DNA of 64,000 nucleotides from Magallana gigas (lineage: Eukaryota), in the NCBI RefSeq assembly GCF_963853765.1, contig NC_088861.1:15438001-15502000 (forward strand). Reading direction: 5' to 3'. The notes under the pieces were generated by a model. That model worked only from the letters and a program-made list of their open reading frames with translations, was not told where the DNA came from and made no database searches. Below, one piece after another: positions 24,601-37,200 of this stretch (position 1 is its first letter; every line of letters begins with the position of its first letter). The position numbers and the translations under genes were made by a program.

Positions 24601-27600
24601 ATTGCAAATTATCTTTTGATAACCTGTAAATTGACTTAAAGCTGTCAAAGCATGTCCACACTTTACTACTTTTTTGCATTTCGAAATAGTTTATCGATAA
24701 TAAAAGTAAGTTTTTGATTATTCTCATCAAATTGCTATCGGATAAAATGTGTTGAAATATAAGAAGTGTAGGCAGTAATTCTGATGCAGGTGTTTCATAG
24801 TTTATTGACAAGTAATGTTCATGTATAAGTAAAGTTCTTTCAAAAGAATAAGTGTTGATATTATCATTTAAAAAGTTGTATGATTTCCTCAGAATTATTT
24901 GTGCGTACGTTGTTTTAAGCTGAAGAACGTTTTATTCTCATACAATGTCATTTTTAAGGCGTCGAGCTAATGCTCGGCAGCCTTCTAGCGATCGTCTGGA
25001 TTGGCAATCGTCCAAATATTCATGCTCTGCACCGCCTTTTAAATGCGCTTAAGAAATAAGTTCCTTAAAGTATTAAACGTATTACAAGATTTTTATTCCA
25101 TTTATTCAACTAAATTGTGTACAAAAAACCCAACTTTGCCTCCCTGGTTATCGACTACTCATTGCATAAGACTTCGTATGAATTAGCTTAATCAAGAAAT
25201 GGCGAATGAATAAGGTGTAAAAATTCACTAAGTATTATTTAAGTTCATCGATTACATTTTAATTGTAGACCGTGCCCGATAGAAATAAAATTTGATATGT
25301 AAATTTATTTGTTATCGGGCACGGCCTTCAAAATAAATGTAAGCGATAAACGTATCTAGTGATTTTGTTGCAATAAATGAACACGATAATGCAGTTGGTT
25401 TAGTCGAGCATTTTAGATAGCACGTGTTGTGAATTTGTTTGTAAACAATCGCACCAAAGGTAATCTTGTTTCAAACGGGAATCATGCTGATTCAAAACGG
25501 GCGAACGTAAGATCAAGATCTATGACATCGATCGCTGATAAAATCAAAAAAAACTCAATTTTTTGGTTGGTTTGTTTAATTAAATTAAATCCTTGTTTTT
25601 ATATTTAATGATACTTAAAGAGGCGAGAAAAGGTTCACAAATAGATGATGCAGCAAAACTGACGTCTATGTTGTTGTGAGACATGTGCTTTGACAACACA
25701 TAATTACCATTTCAATGTAATATTGAAAACTAAGTTTACCTCAAATTCGCACAGCCGATTACAAAATAATGACCTACACATCAAACATTTCAAGCAACCG
25801 ACAGTACAACGCTAATAGTTAGCTAGTCAGTAGACATTATTCATAATGTATTGGTATATATTTTTTGTTCCACGCTTTAAGAAACGGCAATTTAGGAATA
25901 AATTAGAAACAAGAACAATTCGTAGTAATAACAATTCAATAGACATGTGACATGTTTAACAATTCAAATTAAATAGACCTTTCTTTTTTTATTGTAATAC
26001 CCTTTTAAAGTGATTTATTGATATTGTTCTTATTTCACTTTATGTACCGCGTTTAAGCAACAGCCATGCCAAGGTTATCTTGCAAAATTAACGATACCCT
26101 AAAGGCTTGTTTTGGGTTTTTTTATCATAAATAATTTCTCTTCCTGTGTTTTCAGGTGGATCGAATGGCAATTTTAGTGTGATGTGTGGATATCCATCAG
26201 ATACAGCAACAACAACAACCTCACCAACAACAATTTTCACAACCACTTTAAATTCAACACAGTTGTCACATGCATCGTCTCCTATTCCATCATCAAGGGA
26301 ATCTTCATCTGTAGTAAACACCATCAAGAAAACAGATGTCACCCTATCCTCAAGCACGATAAATGTCAGTTATGATTCCTTGTCGATTGAGACAACGCAA
26401 GATGCTCCGGAAATGTTATGTAAATATACATCTAATCGGTGTTTCTTTGTAACGAATTTACATAGGTTTTCACTATTTTGGGGGGAACACTAAAACATAA
26501 AACTTATTTGTTTATAAATTAAAAATTAATTCATAAGGCACCAGTTTATAACTAAATTTAATATTAGCAACAACGCGCTATTATGACAACGATGTGCATT
26601 TGCATGTATTATAAGACTAAGAAAAAAATACGGACGAAATTATACATGTCTGATCGTTTAATTATTTAAAGAGGCTTGCTCCTTAGGTGTTGGGTCACGT
26701 ATCGTCGGAAAATTCTGCATCACATATTTATGTTAGTAGTATATTTATATTTTACTGTACCAAATAAACTATATTGAATAAAAAAAAATTTAAATTACAT
26801 TTTTACAGAATTTAGTGAGGGACTATATTTTGTGGCGGAAGGTTTTCAAGAAGAAAATAGACAATTTTCATAATTCAATAGTTTTAGAGTACACAGTTAC
26901 TTTAGCTTCCTGATTGTTTGTGCAAACCAAACTTCTGGATAGTGTATAACGATATATTCGTTTTGTTCTATAAACATATCTAAACAATATGTTGATATTT
27001 CTTTGGATATATTTCGGCATATTAAGCTTAGATTTCATAGAAGTTATGAAAAAATAAACTCCAATTTTGGCCTAAAATTAGCTTTTTTCAAGCTATATCT
27101 CAAATTTTTAAGATGTGACCCCTACTTGTTTTACTTTTAAATGATACATCAAATGTATGTTTATTTGTATGCAAAGTGTTGGACAGATGACATAACTATA
27201 CTTTTTTTACTTGCGTTATAATTTGAATATATCAAACATTTGTAACATCTGTTGTTGTGTTCATTATGTACTGGCCTTTGAAGCCACCAGTAAAGCAAGA
27301 GATTTCAAACTTTGACTTAACTTTACTTTTATAGTCAATACATGTGTTTAAATTCATACTGTATTAAAATCATTACTAAATAATAGTTCAAACTGTATAT
27401 ATTTGTTTGATTTCTTCAAACTATAAATTTCTATGTCAAATTTAAGCAAAAAATTCAGGAAAATTATCATTTCTGTTTGAGGTCCTATATTTTAATAAAA
27501 TGTCATGTGACATGGGTCACAAAATTAATACAATGAACATTTTAGGTCCCCATCTTTATATCAAAAACGTTTTCTGATAAATGACATTACTATTATTTCA

Positions 27601-28502
27601 GGTCCCAACCTCCTTAAATTTCATTGTTTTAACCCACCTTAACCCACCCATCTTTTTATGGTGTTTCATACGATAAGCAACTGTGATTTCTGAGATGTTA
27701 TTTATCATATGAAAAATTTTATAGGATATTTAAATGAAGAAACCAAAACTAAAGACACGTTTTCTTTCCTTTTCAGATATCATCGCTGGTTCTGCTGGTG
27801 GAGGTGCAATCATACTTGCACTTATTATTTTCATTTTAGTATTGATAAAAAGGTCTGTATTTTTATAGTCGATTCACTTAAAAAAACCAAATTATTTAGA
27901 ATTCTTTAGGTTATTACAAAAGAGTACTTATCTTAAAAATTGAAAACTTTGTTCACCCAAAAAGATTATGAATGGTATCAGAAGTAAGTTAATTTTTCAG
28001 AACGAGGAGTACAAGAAACAAAAATGGATCCACTGAAGCGGACATGGCGCGTACAAATGAAGTTTTTGACAGCAACCCTGAATTGCCTGACAACCCATTA
28101 TATCTCACTTCACAACCTATGGACGAATTAGGGTACAGTTCAGATCAGGAAAGGCAACTTGGTTTACCGCCCACGGAATCAAAAAATAAGACAAAAATTA
28201 ACTCAGACTATGACGTTCCTCCTAACAATAAACCTATAGATCAAAGTGGGTCTTCAATGCCGGTCTACGCTGTTCCAAAAAGGAGTAAGGACCGTACACC
28301 TGAGATTAGTTCTGTCAATGTTTATGCGGAGGTATGTAAACCAAACAGAAGCACTGCAAAGGATCCGGTAAGAAAACGTAATGAAGATGGTCTTTTGTAC
28401 ATGGAAGTTGAACAAGACACTGCTGTCACAAAACAAACAAACACCAATGACAAAAATGAAATCACTGAAGGTGTCTGTTATGCCCAAATTAAGCATACTT
28501 AA
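15672..28502 (+). CDS. Gene B: intact ~414-aa type I membrane receptor (signal peptide, Cys-rich domain, S/T stalk, TM, NPxY/YDVP/two-ITIM tail)
   Basis: Exons 15672-15726 (MKGPLWMFVISIFFTTTN), 23455-23472, 23571-23900, 26156-26419, 27777-27852 (YIIAGSAGGGAIILALIIFILVLIKR), 28001-28502. Total 1245 nt with no internal stop. The link from exon 1 across a 7.7-kb intron is inferred. Confidence 0.82.
17068..17100. repeat. (GA)n microsatellite
   Basis: agagagagag run with one interruption. Confidence 0.9.
18030..19140 (+). repeat. Unclassified interspersed repeat; inverted copy at ~34355-34830
   Basis: gctaccttcataacccgcatgaatca and gtagatttcggcgaatcgataaacggggcgtgtagatttcagtctggctgttt have reverse-complement counterparts at 34357-34730. 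Confidence 0.55.
19358..19455. repeat. Minisatellite of ~22-nt units (gatctcgttattacgagaaaa)
   Basis: About four degenerate, partly self-complementary units. Confidence 0.7.
21984..22199. mobile_element. Tc1/mariner-type MITE
   Basis: Perfect 13-nt inverted ends TACTGTAAACGTA / TACGTTTACAGTA, including the TA flanks. Confidence 0.75.
22272..22409. repeat. Near-palindromic hairpin element (~55-bp arms)
   Basis: attacaaggcaatttttatctcgcatcc...gctgtatatca pairs with tgatatacagc...ggatgcgaaataaaacttgccttgtaat. Confidence 0.7.
22595..22660 (+). pseudogene. Possible degenerate A/D-type leader exon (or 7-nt coding alternative first exon ATGGAAG|gtatgt) ~0.8 kb upstream of the gene B micro-exon
   Basis: ATGGAAGGTATG...ACTGGTTTC resembles gene A ATGAAAGGTTTT...AGTGGTTTC at the same codon positions, with weak flank similarity. 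It contains an in-frame TAA. Confidence 0.35.
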
Positions 28503-30041
28503 GGAAAGTACATTTTATGACATTGTATATTGTAGTGTTACATTTTTCGTTTCTACTCTTAGTATCTGCAGCTTTGTTGTCTCTGGATCATACAATTATG
28601 TATTTATGTATACTCACTATCAGTTGTAATCTTTATTGATGTAGTGATCTTCTATGATAAACTGAAATAAGAAATGCAACACAATTAATTACCAGTCGTA
28701 GTTCTTGTATTAACAAACACAATAGTCTTGTATGTAAACATTTGCACGCAAGTATACATATATTTTAATATTTATCGAAGCACATGTATTATTGGATTTT
28801 CTCGATAATATTATTGTATATTTTTCATGTTTTTCTTAAGCTTTGTCTCTTAAGGTTATACATGTATGTAAAAAAAAAACTCTTCTTTAATGCAGTGTCT
28901 ACTTGACACATTAGAATGTATTAATAATAGCCAATAAATACATATTTTTCACGATTAATTATGTTTGTATGAATTATCAATATTATTTGTCACAACATTC
29001 AAAAACATCAAATATTTGAAAATGATAAGACATAATAAAGATAACTAAAAGCAATACCATCTATTATGTAAAGTCGGCATTAGTAAAGGTACAGTGACTA
29101 AATATTAATATTCAAAAAACGACGATAAGCATCAATGATCAATATGTTTTTTAGGATGTTATAAAAATGTTGAAAATTTAAAAGAAAATGAGGTGTAATT
29201 TACAGCTTTGCATAATATGCAACCTTTATTTCCGTTCGATACATTATAAGGTTGTAGGAAGTCAATATCATTTAACAAAATAAACATAAAACGATGTGTG
29301 TTAAACTATATAAAAAAAAATGCCGAAATAAATAGATATGGGAAATGTACAAAATACCCAAGACTGGTAAAACTGTGATGTCGACAATATGCCTGTTAAT
29401 GTTCTGAAATGTTGTGAATTAGGATAATTTTTTTATTATATTGCGTTGTGTCGTCAATTGACCTAGTTTCAACTAATAAATAAAAGTCAACAACGTATAA
29501 TGCCCAGGATTTTTAAAGATTTTCCAGAAGATAATGAGCTTATTGGATTAAGGAAATGGCCATATTTGTTTAAATTTACTCTTAAAGTGGTTATTAATCT
29601 TTGTTAATACAACAATTTACAGATAGCCTATTACGCCGTAGAGAAATCAATCAAATGAAAACTTTTTTTAAAAACGGAACTGACTAGAAATTAAATATTC
29701 AAATACCGTCTAATTGGGTCGGCTCGGAAAAAAATTATTATGACTATGGGGTGTCTTAAAATTATCTATGTGTATGTATATACTGTACATGCATGTGCAT
29801 ACACATATATTCATAATAAGTAAATATGAAATAAACAATACACAATTTTTGCTATAAATGTGGACGCTATCGAGCAGCGTTCCTATGTAATATTTGTTGT
29901 TTTTATTCATTTTGCACTTTTGTTTGCCATTCGGACAAAAGTAGTGAGGAAGAATATAAAAGTAATATTTTTGTAACTGTGTGTAACAAAAAGGTTTTAT
30001 GTATTTTCCTTAATTACTCAAGTTTAACGTATTTATTTTAG

Positions 30042-30219
30042 AAACAAACCTGGGACTCAGATTGATACAAGAATGTTATATATTATGTATTATAATGCAC
30101 CTTCGAGGTGGGAATGAACGAAATGAACAGTACTTGGAAATACGGTGTCGGGAGAATCTGAAAACCAGTACGACTCTATCTCACGAGGGAATAATAACAT
30201 GAACACAAATACCTTATAA
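30042..30219 (+). pseudogene. Orphan, decayed ITAM-type terminal exon (A/D type) downstream of gene B
   Basis: CTTGGAAATACGGTGTCGGGAGAATCTGAAAACCAGTACGACTCTATCTCACG (from 30133) is nearly identical to the gene D last exon and reads LGNTVSGESENQYDSISR...*. It is preceded by a ttttag acceptor; the 5' half is scrambled with a stop. Confidence 0.8.
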
Positions 30220-31210
30220 ACCGTGTGACGAATCTATCAGGAACGAATTAATGCTGTTTTTCGTGTAAAACCAGTATTTATACAGTTTAACGACTTGGAT
30301 TTTTTTTTTTGGTATACATGCAACTAGATATTTTCTTGAATTAAAATTAGGACGTTGTCATTCAAATGTACTGCCAGCTTATTCATATCAATATTTATTT
30401 CATTATTATTTTTAAATATAACAATTATATCATTATAAATTAAAGGAAACCGCTTTTTATTTAAAACAAAATATTTTTAAAAATTGGCAGGAAACGTTGT
30501 GATTTGTTAAAAAAGGTTAAAATTATTTAATTTGATAGGTTTGCTTGAAATGGAAAAAACAGTTCTGTATGGGTTTTTAATATCTTTAATATAAAGATGA
30601 AATACCAAACTGTTACGATGTCATCTATGCTGTTTGTCTGTTAGAAACCAATATAAAAAGTGATAGCCTTTTAGAAAGTGGATATTAAAACGTTAAACGG
30701 TAAAATTTATTCACTTAATTATGTGTGTGCTTACAACTTACAATCTCATCCAGTTATGTAAGGTATAATAGGGAAACGAATCGTTCTTCCTTCTTCTCTC
30801 TAGTCATGCAAAAAGGAAAGTTATACATAAATTTTAGATTTATTTGATCGATTGTCACGTGAATTTAAATTCAATACAAAATGCACAAACAATCTTATTA
30901 ACCAGCACTCCAATGATCTAGGCGGTTTTGACAACCATATTGTTAATCGTATTCAAGTAATTGTCTTAATGTGTGCCTTTAAAATTGTTTTGATCATTTG
31001 CGTTTCGATCCGTTTGGTATAGACACACACCCATACCTCGGTATTACACAATAAATTGCTGTGTAGTCTTAAAACACACATGTTTGCCCTCATATAAAAA
31101 CAACCAAGTTTCATATTTAAACTTGTTGAACCGGTATTATGAAAATAAATGTATAATATTTTGATTTATGCATGAACTTCCTGGTTTGTGTTTTCAAATA
31201 CAGTGTTAAA

Positions 31211-34200
31211 ATGAAAGGCCCTCTTAGTGTGTTTGTTCTCACTGTATTTTTTGTGACAGCGAAAGGTAAGATTAGTTGATTTATGATTCCCTTAAGTGTT
31301 ACATAACAAGAGGGATTATCTCCCTAAAAAAAGAGAATTGTCCCTGTTTTACAGAAATAACATTCTCGTTAATGTGAGATACTCAAACATTTTTTCCATT
31401 GATACATGTATATTGCTTTCGTTAAACACAAGAATATTCACAAGAATATTTTTAATGATAAGAAGACACTTCCAAGTCTGCTTCAAACAATAACATTGAG
31501 AGCAGCTTGATATGAATTAAAAGTTACCCAGTGGACTTTTTACAGAAACCATTTTAGGTCATAAACCAGCCCTTGTGCTAACTTATTATGTTTGTTTACA
31601 TTTATTTGAATTTTTAAAATTTGAAATGCAAAAAATTAAGAAAATCTCGCCAAAAATACGGGGTGGTTTTATTTAATGTATTAATAGTGGGATGTTTCCC
31701 TTTAGGCTAAAAATTGATGCGTCCAATTCATTCTCTAACAACAGTCTTGTATTTAATTCAATCGAATAAAGAATAAACAAAATGAATATGGTTTCACATT
31801 GTTTGGTACATCAATTCATTCTTGCGAGTATAGGGTTGCTAGCATTGCAGAAAATGCATTTTCCGGATATGCGGTTATATAAATCACTAATAAAATCACA
31901 AAAATATCATTGTTTTACTAGTGTTGATGAACAAAGCCGATTCTAATTAATTTTACAAATGATATTTTTATAAAATTCCTTTCATAATTTTACCTCTATA
32001 TCAATTATTTTTAATTAATTAGATCATTTTTTTAATACCGGTCCGATTTCCTATGGGGGCCTTTTCGAAAGTAATAATTTTACTATTAAGGGTCTTTCTG
32101 CGCTTAACAATATTCATATATTTTCCCAATGGATTTGTCTTTCTGCTTAAGGGATTTCTTTTTCTTTTAAATATATGAAAACTATTGTATCAAATAAGCA
32201 AAGCGTGAACAATTTTAAAAAAAAATTGTCCATTTGAAGAAAACGGGGTTTATGAAACAAAACACCATGCTTCTGCAAATGAATTCTATGCTGGTTCTGT
32301 TCCAGACTATATAATTATATCATTATATCACTACTTCAATCCAAGCTGATGATTCTGAGTGCTAACGTTAAGAATCCAACATCAATTATTACCAACATTC
32401 TACCATTATTTATAGTAGACACATGGGTGACAACTAGTTGCAATGACCCCCATCCTTCGTTTTTAAATCTGGATTAGACACGCACATGGTAAGCAGCCCT
32501 TTTTCTTTAATACCTCGTGCCCATTGGTTTTTTTTACATCTACATCCCATTTATCTTTTTAAACCTAAAGGGATAATACATGGACTATAAATAAAGCAAT
32601 GTTAATCGCTTTTATATTAAAATGAATGATTGTTTATGTCATAAAACAAATAAAATTCGATGCAAAGATCGGAACACCTATTAGTAAACAAAAACTTGGT
32701 AACTTTATACTTGTTCGTTTGTAATAAAAAAAAAACCTATAAATTAGTTGGTGTTGCTAAAGTATGCCACTGTAGAAGCCATCAAAATAGTTTTAAATTT
32801 GATATACATTGTAATAAGTTTTCGATATCATGTAACGTTTTAATTTTTTTAATCAAATTTGTTAAATTTGTTATAAGGAATCTAATTTGTTGAAGTCGTA
32901 ATAACAAAATAAATCTGTTATAACATTCAATCAATTTATTTTTGTCATATAGGAGTATATTCTTTTCTGCTCTAAGGCCCATATACTCTGCTTGTTAACG
33001 CACAAAAATATCGCTTCATCCTTAAACATGACATTTTATTTACCTTGACAATGCTATTTTACCAAAATATTAAAAAAAAAACATATTATGGGATATTACA
33101 TCCAGTTAGAAAAAAAATTCAAGAGAGGTAACTCTAATTCATCGATAAAAGAGAAAATGCAGGTGCTGATTTTTTTTATTTTCGAAGCACTTCGTTGCAA
33201 ATGCCCATAAACAGCTTTTTTATTATATGACCTTACACTAATCTTTATGAAACATTGTAGAAAAATAAATTTATGTAATTATATTTCTTTTAGGGCAATG
33301 TCCATCGAATGGTGAGTACAGCTACTCATAGTTTTTTGAGTAATTTATATATAATTTCAATTTAATATTGATATATTTGTCCATTTACTTAATGCTTTAT
33401 ATTTAATGTTCAGTTGAAAACAGTTTAATTGCTAGCTGTGACGGATCGAAGAAATATGGACCAAATGTCTACGCTGATTTCTATAGAATTAAGCGTCCAT
33501 GTAATTGTATCGTGACTCCGTCGTTTGTTGGTGAACTGCTTGTGACATCGAAGGAAGTAATCATAAATTTGTGTGATACAAGAGTGAGCGTTTCACCCGG
33601 TATTAGTTTTGGATGTCCATTGCCATCCTTTTCATCTTATACGTTAAACGTACAAATCAACAAAACAGTGAATATACAAGCAGAATATATACCACCATCT
33701 ACAACAGGGACATTTTATCACTGTGTTGGATTTCAGCAAAATGGTAACTATGCATTAACGATATTTAAAAATAAAATCCAAACCGTAGAAACCAAACTAT
33801 ACACGTAAAAATGCAACAAGTGTCATACAAAATTACCCCATATCAAGGTTTCTCCCTGTGTATGTGAAGGTTTTGTTGGAATTGTAACAACAAGAATCGG
33901 AAAAATAAGTACGATTCTTATTGTTACATTTCCAAAACAACCTTTACATACATCGCAAGAATCCTGAATCAGGTATGATTTTGTTTGAGAATTGTTGTAA
34001 TTTTCGTGTGTAATTTGGTTGCGTCGGTTGGAAATTTGCAGCCTTCAATCTACTAAACTGCAAGGGCACCGCTAAGCGGAGCATCCCATCGCGACATAAA
34101 TTATTGTAGGACTGGGAATGCACTATTTAGTAACAGACATGTAAATGTATCAAACAGAATAAAGTATTTTTCTTCCTAAAATCACTTTAAACTCCTAATG

Positions 34201-37200
34201 TCTATTTTATCCCAATTCCCCAAGCTTTGTTAGGGGTTGGTGAGGGGAAGTTACATTTACTTGACTTTACAGTTTTCCTATTCCTAGCAGGAACTCAACA
34301 CATATGTTTTCAAGTTTAAAAATTTAGATTCATTTAGCGAAATTCATTATTATATAGAAACAGCCAGACTGATATCTATATGTCCCGTTTATCGATTGTT
34401 CGAAATCTACAGCAGCTGAAACTGATAAGAAACTGACGGGGATGAAATTGACACGGCCTGTTTGTCGATTGGTCAAAACCTACAGCGACCTAAGAAAGAT
34501 CACGGACTGCACGAAATAATCATGATGATGTCAAACTCAAAGTCTCACAATAGACGATTTGGCTGTTTCTTTAAGCTAACGTTCTTATATACATTAACAG
34601 CAATTTAGTGAATTTCACTTACTTTTCATAATTAATTTAATAATTAGTTCAAAGAAAGATGTTAATAAAAACAATAAAATGCTTTCTTTAATGATTCATG
34701 CGGGTTATGAAGGTACATGTAGCGATCATTGTAGAAAAAAATTACGTAATCCGTGTTAGGGATATATATTTTTTCTGCAATGTCGCTACCTTCATATCCC
34801 GAATGAATCACCACAGAAAGCATTTTTTAGTTTGAATAAGCATACATAAACGATTGGTGCTCATTATGAAACGTAGGTGAAGATCTAGAGATCTGTAGTC
34901 TGTTCTGATGGACACTTCTAGCTGCCTATTGTATGTCAATCCATAGTAGTAGATATGCAGCAATCATTTTAATATGAAACGATTTTCCGGTGATAAATGT
35001 GCGATATTTGTTAAAGTCTTTTCTTAAGTTTAGACTAATTTCATAATAAGTAATAGGGGGAAAATTGTCCGAAATTCGACTGCTTGTTTGGATGTAAATC
35101 GAAGGACTTTTATATCTTGCCCGCTTCAACTTTTAATTATGGACAATCTTTTAATCCTCCATTACTCAAAACGTTTGGGTTTATTTTTACCTTTACTAGT
35201 TTTTAATTCCCCCAAAAATGTCAAGTTGTTGATTTGAATTGCATATGGTAGTGATTTTTTTCAGATCGGACATAACATTACCGGAAATCTCTATTGTCAA
35301 GTCGTACATAAATTTCCTGGTTTAATAATTTCGGATTTCTTATGATAATTTAAAAATAAATTAATCGATTGCCTTGAAATTAAGTAGGGTATGTCCTTTC
35401 AAGATGTAAAAGAAGAGTTCAAAGTTTGATGAACATTTATGAGAGGGTTTTCTTAGAACTTTGCTAAAAAGCTGAAAATGGACAGACATACACTCACAGC
35501 AGCGATGCTTAATCCCGCTCGCAACAAGTTCCTCGAGGGGATAAAAAAGGTTGTTGGCTATTATGATAAGAGTACAATACTGCTGAGCAGTTTAGTTTTT
35601 TTTTTATTACCTATCGCTTGTTTCATTATTTCATAGGGTACATGTAAATATTAAATTTTATATTTATAATACTTTCCTGTTTATGTGATTTAAGGTGGAC
35701 TTAACGGAAATTTAAGCGTAAAATGTGAACCTCCATCAAACACAACAACATCAAGTGTCTCATCAACAATTTCAACAACCACGTCAACAATTCCACAGCT
35801 ATCATATGAGGCCTCTTCTATTAAATCATCAATATCTGTGGTAAACGCCAACAATAATGCAGATACCACTATGTCCTTAAAGACGACCACTGCCAATAAA
35901 TATCCATTGCCAGTAGAGTCAGCACAGAATACATCAGAGATTACGATATGTAAATATGCAGATGAATTATACTATTGTTACGATTTTGAAAGAAGAAGAA
36001 CCTCATAAGTTTAGTTGGGGTTTTGGGGGCGGGGGGTCCGTGTGTTTGCGTTCGTGCGTGCGTGATTAGTCAAGTCAATCGTACATTGTAGCTTAAGATT
36101 ATACAGGCGAGATACGTTTCATTTTATACACTCAACAAAACCTCTAAGAGTTCACCCAGTATAATGTTTCTACTATATGTTATAAGCACGTTATTTGTCT
36201 TGTCATCAGTAAAAATAATTGTAATTACACTGGAAAGTTTAGCTGTAATCGATTAAATTACGATATTTACAAGTATTGTCGATTACTTGAAAAAGAGTAA
36301 TCATTACAATCGATTACGATTACTCGATTACGAATAAACAGGCGCAAAAATACTATGTTTTTACGTTTCATTGATGTTTTATTTTATTTGTGCTACATAT
36401 TTATTGATAAAGAGATAACAAAATTACAAAATGTTGCGAAATGTTTAAAGTTTCATTTTATTTTATTTCTGGATTTTCAAATTATTTTATTTATTAGGAT
36501 TAAAACTTAAAAGTTTATACATGTTATATCTAATCGCAGCTTCTCGGGCCTTTCCGGCAAGCTCGGAAAAACACATCGAATGTATAACAAAGGCGTCTAT
36601 GACGACCCCCCTTTTTATAAAACTTGATATAAATACAACACATTTTACGATCTGTTGAGATGTAAGCTAGACTTCATTAAAGTAAATGTTATACCCTAGA
36701 ATATAACACAAACCCGACTTACAAGGCTGTCTAGCCGATACTTATTTTAATGGGAAGCGACCCAATTTTGTATAAAATTCTAACATCCGGCAATGTTAAT
36801 ACATTCAAGGTGTTTTTCCGAGTCTCCCGGAAAGGCCCGAGAAGATGCGATTGATGTTACATGTATATCTTCATTTGACTCTATCTTTCACACCGAGATT
36901 TCCTCTGATTGTGAATATGATTAAGTTGGGGAATACCTTGGTAGGATGCCACTCGGCCTTCTACTGGTTGCTAATGGAAAAGAGAAACAATTCCGTAAAA
37001 TTAAAACAAGTTCTTTATTCTTTAATCGTCGGGTGGAAAGTCTGATAAAACATATTTTGAAACACACTGTGGTAAAACACAGCAGTGCGAGAAGGCGAGA
37101 TTGTTTTAACCCTTATAATCTAAGGATCGATAATTCCGCATAAGTATAAAAATGCATAACGCTTATAAAATGCAAGAAAACTAGAAAACAAAATATAAAC

